Source: Candidatus Kuenenia stuttgartensis
Lineage (GTDB): Bacteria; Planctomycetota; Brocadiia; Brocadiales; Brocadiaceae
Reading direction: 5' to 3'
Assembly (NCBI RefSeq): GCF_900232105.1
Contig: NZ_LT934425.1
Coordinates: 2,160,001-2,192,000 of the forward strand
Length of the DNA: 32,000 nt
The notes beneath the pieces were generated by a model. The model was given only the letters and a program-made list of their open reading frames with translations, had not been told where the DNA came from and made no database searches. A program made the translations under genes and the position numbers. Positions 19,630-27,848 of the stretch are shown one piece after another (within the stretch, counting starts at the first letter, position 1; each line of letters starts with the position of its first letter).

Positions 19630-19927
19630 GTAACACTTTAGTTTTTTGAAAAATGTATTACCTATAAGCTCCGTAGGAGCAGCCTGTTTGTAGCAAAATA
19701 GAATATTATAACAGATCGCAGAGGCAGGTTTGAAACCTGTCTCTGCAATTAGGAGCGACCTGTCTCTTGTAAATCCATATTAAACAGGTCTACCTGAATA
19801 CGGACAGGCCGCTCCTACGGAGCTATTTACTCTATTGAATTTTATTGTGCTACAAACAGACCGCCCCTAACGGGGCTACATGGTATTTTTTCTATACCGT
19901 GAATTTTTCAAAAAGCTAAAATGTTAC
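19630..19927. mobile_element. MITE-like element, family B, copy 2, 298 bp
   Basis: GTAACACTTTTAGTTTTTTGAAAAAT ... ATTTTTCAAAAAGCTAAAATGTTAC; exact 8-bp duplication GTTTTTTG at 19622-19629 and 19928-19935. Confidence 0.92.
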
Positions 19928-20031
19928 GTTTTTTGTCATTTTGAATTTGTTTGCAGCCAAAGGCTGCGCCAATTAATCTGTGGTTACTCCTTCATGCTTC
20001 GTTGTTCGTTATAATCTCTTACACAGAAAGG

Positions 20032-20451
20032 TTAATATGATTTCGCCAGGTATCTGATCAAATCTGTGCTGGTAATTATTCCGATAAGGTTGCGGTCGTC
20101 ATCGATGACGGGGAGTGAGTGAAATAGCCCATTACTCAGAATATGTGCAGCTTTTCTCATCGAGTCCCTGATATTAATAGTAACTAAGTTTTTCTGCATA
20201 ACCTGCTCTATGGTATATTGTTGGTCAATTAATTCATCAAGTAATTTAGTATTCGTTTTTGCGGATGCGATGTTGAGTTTTAACATATCGGTAGCGCTGA
20301 TAAGACCCACAAGTTTTCGATCATTTACCACAGGGACATGATGAATTTGGTTTTCTGCCATCATTTTACGTACAGTACTCAGTTTTTGATCTATGGATAC
20401 GGTGTGTACATTTGCCGTTATGACATGAGAAATTGGGTCAAGATTTTTCAT
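20032..20451 (-). CDS. CBS-domain protein (two CBS motifs)
   Basis: KLSTVRKMMAENQIHHVPVVNDRKLVGLISATDMLK ... GLFHSLPVIDDDRNLIGIITSTDLIRYLAK. Confidence 0.92.
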   Translation of the reverse strand: MKNLDPISHVITANVHTVSIDQKLSTVRKMMAENQIHHVPVVNDRKLVGLISATDMLKLNIASAKTNTKLLDELIDQQYTIEQVMQKNLVTINIRDSMRKAAHILSNGLFHSLPVIDDDRNLIGIITSTDLIRYLAKSY

Positions 20452-20754
20452 CGTAATTATTTATAAAGATTCACAAATTAAGTAAGAGAAAAATGGTTTG
20501 TAGGTGAAAAAATGCTTTTTTCTGATAACTAACCAGCACAGGCCGGAACTAAACAAAGATTACAACAGAACACGTATATTAAAAAATCGTCATAAGTTTA
20601 CTACTATCAATTAACCATTGTAAGAAGGCAATTACAATGTGTTTATCTTATATAAAAAATCCGGGTAAGGCAAACAAATCATTTCGTGTAAATGATTTGA
20701 GACCAGTATCATTGAGACTTTGGCTCCCAAAGGGAGACGGAAAGTGTTTCTTTT

Positions 20755-21175
20755 TTAGACAATTGAAGTCAAAATACTTTCTATCCATATCCCGACACCT
20801 GTTCCATCGATACAGGACGTTACGATTATATTTAATTCCGGATTAATTGCCAATGCGTTTCGCTTTGCCTTTTCCATATCGAAATTAGTATACGCAAGAA
20901 GGTCCACCTTGTTTATCAGAAGGTGCCGGGCTACTCTGAAGAGGGCGGGATATTTAAGCGGTTTATCGTCACCCTCCGTCACACTCATTACCACCACCTT
21001 GATATCCTCGCCAAGGTCATATTCAGCAGGGCACACCATGTTTTGCTATCCTTTGAGTATCCAGGTCGGTTTGAATATCGCCCTCTATAACGGCTATATT
21101 CACCCTGTCTTTGAGAAGTTCTGCGATTTTTTCAACAATAGAGGTCTTTTCCGGAACCGGGCGAACTCATCAGAT
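20755..21175 (-). pseudogene. hypB: Decayed hydrogenase accessory GTPase HypB
   Basis: MSSPGSGK (frameshift) TSIVEKIAELLKDRVNIAVIEGDIQTDLDTQRIAKHGVP | VCPAEYDLGEDIKVVVMSVTEGDDKPLKYPALF...LINKVDLLAY; N-terminus missing and internal segment deleted. Confidence 0.85.
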
Positions 21176-21188
21176 GTTTTGATCCCGG

Positions 21189-22565
21189 TCAAAAAAACAG
21201 ATCTCTCTCCCCGTTTCTTATCCTTGCAAGCTTATCCTCTGTCTGCTTTTTTATAGAAGCGTTCTCTATTGCTTCCAGTGTCTTATTTATTATCTCCAGC
21301 CCTAAATGTCTGCTTTCCGGAGACGCGTTATCTTCCATATATTCCATAAGTGTAAGTATGCTATTAGGCCCGCAGAATTCCTGGATATCTCCCGGCCTTG
21401 CAAGTTCCATAAACACCGTGCCTGTCCTGCTCCTGCGGTAACAGGCGGTGCAAAAACTGGGCATGAAGCCCTCCTTCATGGCGCTCACGGTTATTTCTTC
21501 CAGACTCCTCTTGTCCGACAGCTCAAACTGTCCAGCCCCTTTTGGCCTTCCCTTCCCCAATCCGCCTGGCGTAGTGCTTGAGGCGGCGCTGGCCTGCGTA
21601 ATCCCGATGCGGAATGCCGCCTCTCTGATCTCAGGACTTTCCCTTGTGGTTATTATCATGCCTGTATAAGGAACGGCGATCCGAAGGATTGCTATGAGCC
21701 TCAGAAAATCGCTGTCACTTACAGGTGAAGGGGGTCTCAAATTAACCGAATGGGCGGGCCTGAGCCTTGGTATGGATATGGTGTGCGGGCCGGTTCCGAA
21801 CGTATCAAAAAGGTAAGCGGCATGGGATATCAGCCCCAGCACCTCATACCGCCAGTCATAGAGTCCGAAGAGTACGCCCATCCCTACGTCATCTATCCCG
21901 CCCTCAAAGGCTTTGTCCAGGGCATACAACTGTCTCCGGTAATCACTTTTAGGACCATGGTGGATTTTTTCGTAGGTAGGCCTGTGATAACTCTCCTGGA
22001 ATAGCTGGTATGTTCCAATGCCTTTGTCCTTTAGCCTTCTGTAGTTTTCAGCCGTTGTTGCGGCGATGTTTACATTGACCCTTCTTATTTCACCCTTTTC
22101 ATTCCTCACAGAATAGATGGCATCTATTGCATCAAGGATATAATCGACCGGATTATTTCCGATATCCTCTCCTGCCTCAAGAAGGACTCTCTTATGTCCC
22201 ATTTCTATGAGGCAGCCCGTCTGTTCTCTTACCTCATCCATGGTAAGTTTTTTTCTCATTGCAGGGTTACCTGCACGAAAGCCGCAGTATAGGCAATCAT
22301 TTACACAGTAATTGCTGATATAGAGGGGGGCGAAGAACACTAGTCTGCTGCCGTATACGGCATTTTTTATGTAACGGGCGGCGTCAAATATCTCCTCGGT
22401 TAACTCCAGATCGATGACGTTTATCAACATCGCCGCTTCTTCAGGGGTAAGCCCTTTCAGCTCCCTGCCCTTTTTTAAAACATCCGCCAGCATAGCCGTC
22501 GACGGTGAGGGGGTATTCGTGAGCAAGGATTGAAATCTATCTTCGTCTATAAATGTTTTTTGCAT
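21189..22565 (-). CDS. hydG: [FeFe]-hydrogenase H-cluster maturation radical SAM protein HydG
   Basis: 458 aa; CVNDCLYCGFRAGN radical SAM motif, SYHRPTYEKIHHGPKSDYRRQLYALDKAFEGGIDDVGMGVLFGLYDWRYEV, C-terminal CTACYRRSRTG. Confidence 0.93.
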   Translation of the reverse strand: MQKTFIDEDRFQSLLTNTPSPSTAMLADVLKKGRELKGLTPEEAAMLINVIDLELTEEIFDAARYIKNAVYGSRLVFFAPLYISNYCVNDCLYCGFRAGNPAMRKKLTMDEVREQTGCLIEMGHKRVLLEAGEDIGNNPVDYILDAIDAIYSVRNEKGEIRRVNVNIAATTAENYRRLKDKGIGTYQLFQESYHRPTYEKIHHGPKSDYRRQLYALDKAFEGGIDDVGMGVLFGLYDWRYEVLGLISHAAYLFDTFGTGPHTISIPRLRPAHSVNLRPPSPVSDSDFLRLIAILRIAVPYTGMIITTRESPEIREAAFRIGITQASAASSTTPGGLGKGRPKGAGQFELSDKRSLEEITVSAMKEGFMPSFCTACYRRSRTGTVFMELARPGDIQEFCGPNSILTLMEYMEDNASPESRHLGLEIINKTLEAIENASIKKQTEDKLARIRNGERDLFF

Positions 22566-22850
22566 GATTCATAATCTCAAAACAATAACCAGTTCTTTAA
22601 GGCTCTTTCTTCATTTATCAATTAATTCCTACTGGTTTTAACTTTTATTTTCCATCTAAATTATTGGTATTTATTCCTTAAGCAACAAGTTTTTCTATAT
22701 ATCCCTCTCTTTTACTCCATACCATTGGTTCGATTCCATAAGCCTTGAGGGCGTTTGCCAATCATCTGTAACAAATCAGCTCTGTCATTTTGCCTGTTTA
22801 GCTTTTTAGATGACACAGCTAATCGGCAATAATCTTTTCAGTTCGCCTTT

Positions 22851-23270
22851 TCATCCTCTTTCCATTTGAGACAGAACCGACTGATTTAGAAATAGCGTAT
22901 TCCAAAGTTTTGTTGTGTTAAGAATTAAATTGAGAAAACCTTTAGTGAGTATTTTTTCGTTTTCCCGAATTACAGTTAACTCATCTGAACAAACCGCATC
23001 AAAAGTTAGAACAGAAGATCTTCTTTTGAATTGAAAAATTGAAACGTTTCTTCGCGCAAAAATTATGTCTCCTTCATAACATAATTTTCCCGAACCTATA
23101 TCTTCAGGGCTTCTGAAATTTTTAATAAACAGTTGTCCTGCATCTAAATCCTCTGGTCTTATAAATCTTTCACAACCAGATTTTGCAGGTGACAAAACTT
23201 CTTCATTGATTTCATCTGCAATGAAACCTATGGCTATTTCATTCCAATTTGATTTATCAGGTTCAATCAT
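22851..23270 (-). pseudogene. Type I restriction specificity subunit (HsdS) fragment
   Basis: RFIRPEDLDAGQLFI...GSGKLCYEGDIIFARRNVSIFQFKRRSSVLTFDAVCSDELTVIREN resembles the HsdS target-recognition domain pattern; far below full length. Confidence 0.65.
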
Positions 23271-23314
23271 TTCCTGTTTCTATTCCAATTGAATTCAGTT
23301 TGTCAAACAAAACT

Positions 23315-23569
23315 TTCACGGACGTTTGATAATTTTTAATTCCTGTTCTTCCATAGCATTTCTAAATTCTTCATCCCAAACATCAGAGATGCGTTTGAAA
23401 AACAGTAATGGAAAAATTTATTGCTTAAAATCAGCCGCAGCAATCATTCCTCTCAGAATGTTGGCTGCCCCTGCCCCCAGAGATTGTCTTCAAGTTGTTT
23501 TTTAGTCATGTTTTTAAAGCCGTGTAAATAGTCGACAGGCTTACTCTTCTTTGTATCCAGATCATTCAT
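23315..23569 (-). pseudogene. Type I restriction methyltransferase (HsdM) N-terminal remnant
   Basis: Frameshifted reading MNDLDTKKSKPVDYLHGFKNMTKKQLEDNLWG...AANILRGMIAAADFKQ*IFPLLFFKRISDVWDEEFRNAMEEQ; matches the L..LW.AA..LRG..DA.DYK..I..LLFLKR.SD pattern. Confidence 0.7.
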
Positions 23570-23627
23570 TTGTCAATCTTTCAATAATCTTCAATCTGTA
23601 TATGTAGCGCCGTGGTTGCCGATATGG

Positions 23628-24911
23628 TTATTTAAACGCCTCCGCCATCTTTTTCTCAAGCATCTTGTAGCTAAGTGTTTCTTTATAAAGTCCGTATTTT
23701 TCCCAAATCTCTTCTTTCCCGTGATACTTATTTGGGTATATCCTGTAGTCGCCCCTGTACTTCTCAGGCGTCAGATTAAACATAAGCGAATTTGCGCCTG
23801 AAGAGAGTCCGAGCCGTCTTCCTTCTTCATTTTCAATGGTTTCAAGGGCGGTAGTGACCGGTATCTTTGCCTTTGGCATCAGCAATCTTGAAACGGCCGT
23901 TACCTTAAGCGTCATTGCCGCACTACCCGCCGGATGCACAGCCATAGGAGTGGTGTCTGTGGGTATAAACGGGCCTGCGGTCACCATGTTTGCGCCAATG
24001 GATTTAATAGTTATTATATCATCCGCTATATCCTCAACCGTCTGTCCGGGCAGCCCGATGAGAAACCCTGTGGCAATAAAATATCCCATCTTCTTCATTT
24101 CCATGAGTAGCGCAATCCTATCATCGAATGACTGGCCGGGGTGAAGGGAATGATAGAGCGCCTTGTTTGAAGTTTCAAAACGAAACAGAACGCCGTTTGC
24201 CCCGGCATCTTTCATTTTTCTGTAACCTTCTGACGTTCGTTCCCCAACGCTCATAAATATAAAAACCTTACACTTCTCCTTTATTTTTCTGATGATCCCG
24301 GACAGTATCTCGTTGGTATAGGATAAGTCGTCGCCCGACTGGAGAACTATAAGTTTATATCCGCGGTGGTTTACGGCGTCATACACGGAATTTACTATTT
24401 CATCCGGCGTCATTCTGTAACGCCGGACATTTTTTGAGTCCCTTCTGAGTCCGCAGTATAGGCAGTTCCTGACGCAATAGTTTGAAAACTCTACTATGCC
24501 GTGTATGCAGAAAAAATCCCTTAGCCTTGCCTGTCTTATGGTATTTGCCTCTGAAAACATGGCGGTCATCTCCGCATCCTCGCTGGTGCTGAGAAGCCTT
24601 ATTATCTCTTCGCGTTTAAGCTCTCTGGTGTGGCAAGCCTTGAGTATCTCCAGAAATGCGGCATCGAGCTTCGAAATATCTACATAACTTTTAGGCTCAA
24701 GGAGATCCAGTATTTCCCTCGCATCGTCTTCGCTTATTTTTTCCACCGCCGTATCAGAGGCGTAAAGAATCCAGTCACCGGCATGGACGTCAGTAAGCAA
24801 TGCGATTATCGATCTTTCGCCTTTTGAATCACGAATAGTAATTCTTCTTGCAGGCAAATTATCGGGTGAATCTTCAACGAATAGTACTTTTGCAGGAATG
24901 GTAAGGCACAT
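23628..24911 (-). CDS. hydE: HypC-like domain fused to HydE-like radical SAM protein
   Basis: From 24911: MCLTIPAKVLFVEDSPDNLPARRITI...LLTDVHAGDWILYASDTAVEKISEDDAREILDLLE (HypC/HupF-like) followed by CVRNCLYCGLRRDSKNVRRYRMTPDEIV...TGFLIGLPGQTVEDIADDI (HydE-like). Confidence 0.88.
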   Translation of the reverse strand: MCLTIPAKVLFVEDSPDNLPARRITIRDSKGERSIIALLTDVHAGDWILYASDTAVEKISEDDAREILDLLEPKSYVDISKLDAAFLEILKACHTRELKREEIIRLLSTSEDAEMTAMFSEANTIRQARLRDFFCIHGIVEFSNYCVRNCLYCGLRRDSKNVRRYRMTPDEIVNSVYDAVNHRGYKLIVLQSGDDLSYTNEILSGIIRKIKEKCKVFIFMSVGERTSEGYRKMKDAGANGVLFRFETSNKALYHSLHPGQSFDDRIALLMEMKKMGYFIATGFLIGLPGQTVEDIADDIITIKSIGANMVTAGPFIPTDTTPMAVHPAGSAAMTLKVTAVSRLLMPKAKIPVTTALETIENEEGRRLGLSSGANSLMFNLTPEKYRGDYRIYPNKYHGKEEIWEKYGLYKETLSYKMLEKKMAEAFK

Positions 24912-24953
24912 AACAAAACCTCTTTGTTTGCAACAGGTTAGATTTTTGAAAAA

Positions 24954-25026
24954 GTAGGGGCGAAGCATTTGCCCGTTTGGGTATGAACGCATTCATGATA
25001 ATTTATAGCAAATGCTTCGCCCCTAC
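24954..25026. repeat. Hairpin element with 19-bp perfect inverted arms
   Basis: GTAGGGGCGAAGCATTTGC (24954-24972) / GCAAATGCTTCGCCCCTAC (25008-25026). Confidence 0.88.
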
Positions 25027-25101
25027 ACTTTACACTATGCGGAAAACATCGCTATTATTGGAATTTTTCAAAAAACTAAAATGTTACAAGAGTTCTTTTT
25101 T

Positions 25102-25725
25102 TTAACTCTCTTTCCAATCTATCAATTTACCAGACGGCGGAAGGGTTTTTTTTTGAATAAGCATCTGTAAAAGTTCATCAGGGTTGTCCGACCTCAGAAT
25201 TAGCTGGCCATGTTCCGGTCTTGCGAAGCGTTCTCTGATAATATGGTCTATAAATTGCAGCAACAGATCGAAATATCCTTCTACGTTAAGTATGCCGATC
25301 GGTTTTGCGTGCAATTCCAACTGCGACCATGTGACAATCTCAAAAAATTCGTCCATCGTGCCACATCCGCCCGGCATAGCGATAAAGGCGTCGGATAACT
25401 GTACCATCAGCGTCTTTCTCTCGTGCATGCTGGCAACTTCGTGAAATTCCGTTACTTCGCGGCGAACAATTTCTCTGGAAAAAAGCGCCTTCGGTATTAC
25501 CCCGATAACCTCTCCCTTTTCGCGCATAACGGTTTCCGCAATAACTCCCATGAGCCCGACACTGCCTCCTCCGTATACAAGCCCAATGCCGCGGGCGGTT
25601 AGTGCCTTTCCCAGTTTTTTTGCCGCATCCTTATATGCGGGACGTTGTCCGCTGTTTGACCCGCAAAATACGCAAATACGTTTTACGGGAATATTGTTTT
25701 CCATGTCCATTGAATTTCTGTTCAT
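25102..25725 (-). CDS. LOG family (TIGR00730-type) nucleotide 5'-monophosphate phosphoribohydrolase-like protein
   Basis: CVFCGSNSG, LVYGGGSVGLMG, VIGVIPKAL, HERKTLMVQLSDAFIAMPGGCGTMDEFFEIVTWSQL (PGGxGT.xE motif). Confidence 0.93.
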   Translation of the reverse strand: MNRNSMDMENNIPVKRICVFCGSNSGQRPAYKDAAKKLGKALTARGIGLVYGGGSVGLMGVIAETVMREKGEVIGVIPKALFSREIVRREVTEFHEVASMHERKTLMVQLSDAFIAMPGGCGTMDEFFEIVTWSQLELHAKPIGILNVEGYFDLLLQFIDHIIRERFARPEHGQLILRSDNPDELLQMLIQKKTLPPSGKLIDWKES

Positions 25726-25806
25726 TGCAAAAAAGAGTTTTTATAACAATTTAGTATTTTGAAAATTTCCAACAAGTGTAAGGGCGAAGCATTTGCTATA
25801 AGTTGT

Positions 25807-26529
25807 TCAACTTCTTATCTTGTCTTTTACAATTTCTTTTTTCAAGCTTGTGATAGAACCAGTAGGATTCAAGTCTTTCGGGCATACTTCCTGGCAATTG
25901 AACACAGAATGACAGCGCCATACGCCGTTTTCACTGTTTACAATAGCCAGCCGTTCCTGCCGTGCTCCGTCCCGGCTGTCGGAAACAAATCTGTCAATAT
26001 TGAGAAAAGACATTGGCCCCAGATAATCTTCGTGCATCGCTGTTATTGGACAGGAAGAGTGGCAGCATGCGCACAATATGCAGTCTATTAACCCATTCAG
26101 TTTTGATCTTTCATCCGTACTCTGTATTTGTTCCCCCTCAGAGGGCAATGGCCTTCCGGGCATGAGGTATGGTTTTATCTGCTCGTACTTTTCCCAAAAG
26201 GGTTTCATATCGACAAAGAGGTCTTTTTGTATTGCCATGTGGGCGAGGGGGCGAATGGTAACCGTCTTCGTATTCAGTTTGGAAATAAGAGTATTACAGG
26301 CAAGCCGGTATTTCCCGTTGATATGCATGGCGCATGAACCACAAACGGCGGCACGGCAGGACGACCGAAAGGCGAGAGAATCATCCCTATGCTGCTGAAT
26401 GTAAACAAGCCCTTCCAGCACAGTGAGATCTTTTCTCGTAAACGGTATTTCATATTTTTGGAAATATGCTTCCTTATCGCTGGCCGGATTAAACCGGAAG
26501 ATATTAAAGGAAATGGTATCGTTTGTCAT
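25807..26529 (-). CDS. sdhB: Succinate dehydrogenase/fumarate reductase iron-sulfur subunit
   Basis: CRAAVCGSCAMHINGKYRLAC, CILCACCHSSCP, CHSVFNCQEVCPKDLNP cluster motifs. Confidence 0.92.
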   Translation of the reverse strand: MTNDTISFNIFRFNPASDKEAYFQKYEIPFTRKDLTVLEGLVYIQQHRDDSLAFRSSCRAAVCGSCAMHINGKYRLACNTLISKLNTKTVTIRPLAHMAIQKDLFVDMKPFWEKYEQIKPYLMPGRPLPSEGEQIQSTDERSKLNGLIDCILCACCHSSCPITAMHEDYLGPMSFLNIDRFVSDSRDGARQERLAIVNSENGVWRCHSVFNCQEVCPKDLNPTGSITSLKKEIVKDKIRS

Positions 26530-27797
26530 TGTTCTAATAAGGTTTCTACAAACAAGTCCGGGTTGAATCTTTCAATATCGTCCGCCTGTTCTCCAAGCCC
26601 GATAAATTTAACAGGGATTTCTGTTTCATTGCACATGCCAAGCACTATGCCGCCTTTTGCCGTACCGTCCAGTTTTGCCAGAAATATTCCGGTGACGTCC
26701 ACGGCCTCCCTGAACATCCTGGCCTGTGAAATAGCATTTTGTCCGGTAGTTGCGTCGAGCACCAGTAATACCTCATGCGGCGCATCGGGTATTTTTTTTT
26801 TAATAACCCTCTTTATTTTTATAAGTTCTTTCATAAGATTATCGTGGGTATGGAGACGTCCTGCGGTGTCTACGATTAAAACATCAACACCACGGGCGAT
26901 GCTTGCTTCCATGGCGTCGTATGCGACAGCGGCGGGGTCAGAACCCGTTTGATGCTTTACAATATCTGCCCCGATGCGTTTGCACCAGATATCCAGTTGG
27001 TCTACTGCCGCTGCCCGGAAAGTATCGCCTGCGGCAAGCATTACCTTTTTGCCTTCCTTCATCAAAAAACTCGCGAGCTTCGCGATGGAGGTAGTTTTGC
27101 CCACCCCGTTAACGCCAACTACCATAATGACGGTAGGCCGTTTATCTGCGTATTGAATATCCGTCTGCCACGAATGCAAACCGTCCTTCAGGCGGTCTTT
27201 GATAAAATCATTTATTTGTGATGTTTCGGTAATTGCTTTCTCTTTCCATGCCTCGCGTATTTCTTCGATAAGTTTTTGTACCGGACGCACCCCTATATCC
27301 GCTCCAATGAGAATATCTTCCAATTCTTCAAGAGCTGATTCATCAATGCCTTGTCTGAATGATAAAAAATCTTTTAAACGCAGCCAAAACCGGCCCCGTG
27401 TCTTTTCGAGCCCTTTTTTTAACTTGCCCGGCACAGCAACAGGTTCTTTTTTGATAACGGGTTTTTCTTTTATTTCCTCAACAACCGGTATCTCTTCCGG
27501 AACAACAAGCTCTTCCGGTGGTGCTTTCTCCAGGACAGACATTTCAGGCGGGGCGAAAACCGGTTTCACCGGAGGCGCTTTTTCCACTACGGCTGTTTCA
27601 GCAGGAACGTGCTTTTCCACCACCGCTTTTTCCGCAAGCACAGGCACCTGATCAAAAGGTACCAGCCGTATCGTGCCTTCTTCTTCAATAACAACCTTTT
27701 TTCTCGGTTCAACGGTGTAGTTTATGATGCGGTACCAAAGGCTCTTTTTGGTCTTTTGAATGCCGTTTTTTACTTCAGTCTTTTGTGTTTTTCCCAT
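26526..27797 (-). CDS. ftsY: Signal recognition particle receptor FtsY
   Basis: VVGVNGVGKTTSIAKLASFL, AGDTFRAAAVDQL, DTAGRLHT, AKLDGTAKGG; proline/acid-rich N-terminal extension. Confidence 0.97.
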   Translation of the reverse strand: MGKTQKTEVKNGIQKTKKSLWYRIINYTVEPRKKVVIEEEGTIRLVPFDQVPVLAEKAVVEKHVPAETAVVEKAPPVKPVFAPPEMSVLEKAPPEELVVPEEIPVVEEIKEKPVIKKEPVAVPGKLKKGLEKTRGRFWLRLKDFLSFRQGIDESALEELEDILIGADIGVRPVQKLIEEIREAWKEKAITETSQINDFIKDRLKDGLHSWQTDIQYADKRPTVIMVVGVNGVGKTTSIAKLASFLMKEGKKVMLAAGDTFRAAAVDQLDIWCKRIGADIVKHQTGSDPAAVAYDAMEASIARGVDVLIVDTAGRLHTHDNLMKELIKIKRVIKKKIPDAPHEVLLVLDATTGQNAISQARMFREAVDVTGIFLAKLDGTAKGGIVLGMCNETEIPVKFIGLGEQADDIERFNPDLFVETLLEQ

Positions 27798-27848
27798 ATA
27801 TTCCTGTCCTGTTTTTGTATTTTTGTATTTTCAAATGTTAAAAAAAAA

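Noticed and set aside
18207-19927. Composite transposon or integron-like cassette formed by the two inverted family B elements
   Set aside because: The right copy keeps its own 8-bp duplication and no shared outer duplication was found (TAAATATT before 18207, GTTTTTTG after 19927), so two independent insertions explain it better.
26389-26952. 187-aa plus-strand ORF
   Set aside because: Antisense shadow of ftsY, whose GTPase motifs are unambiguous.
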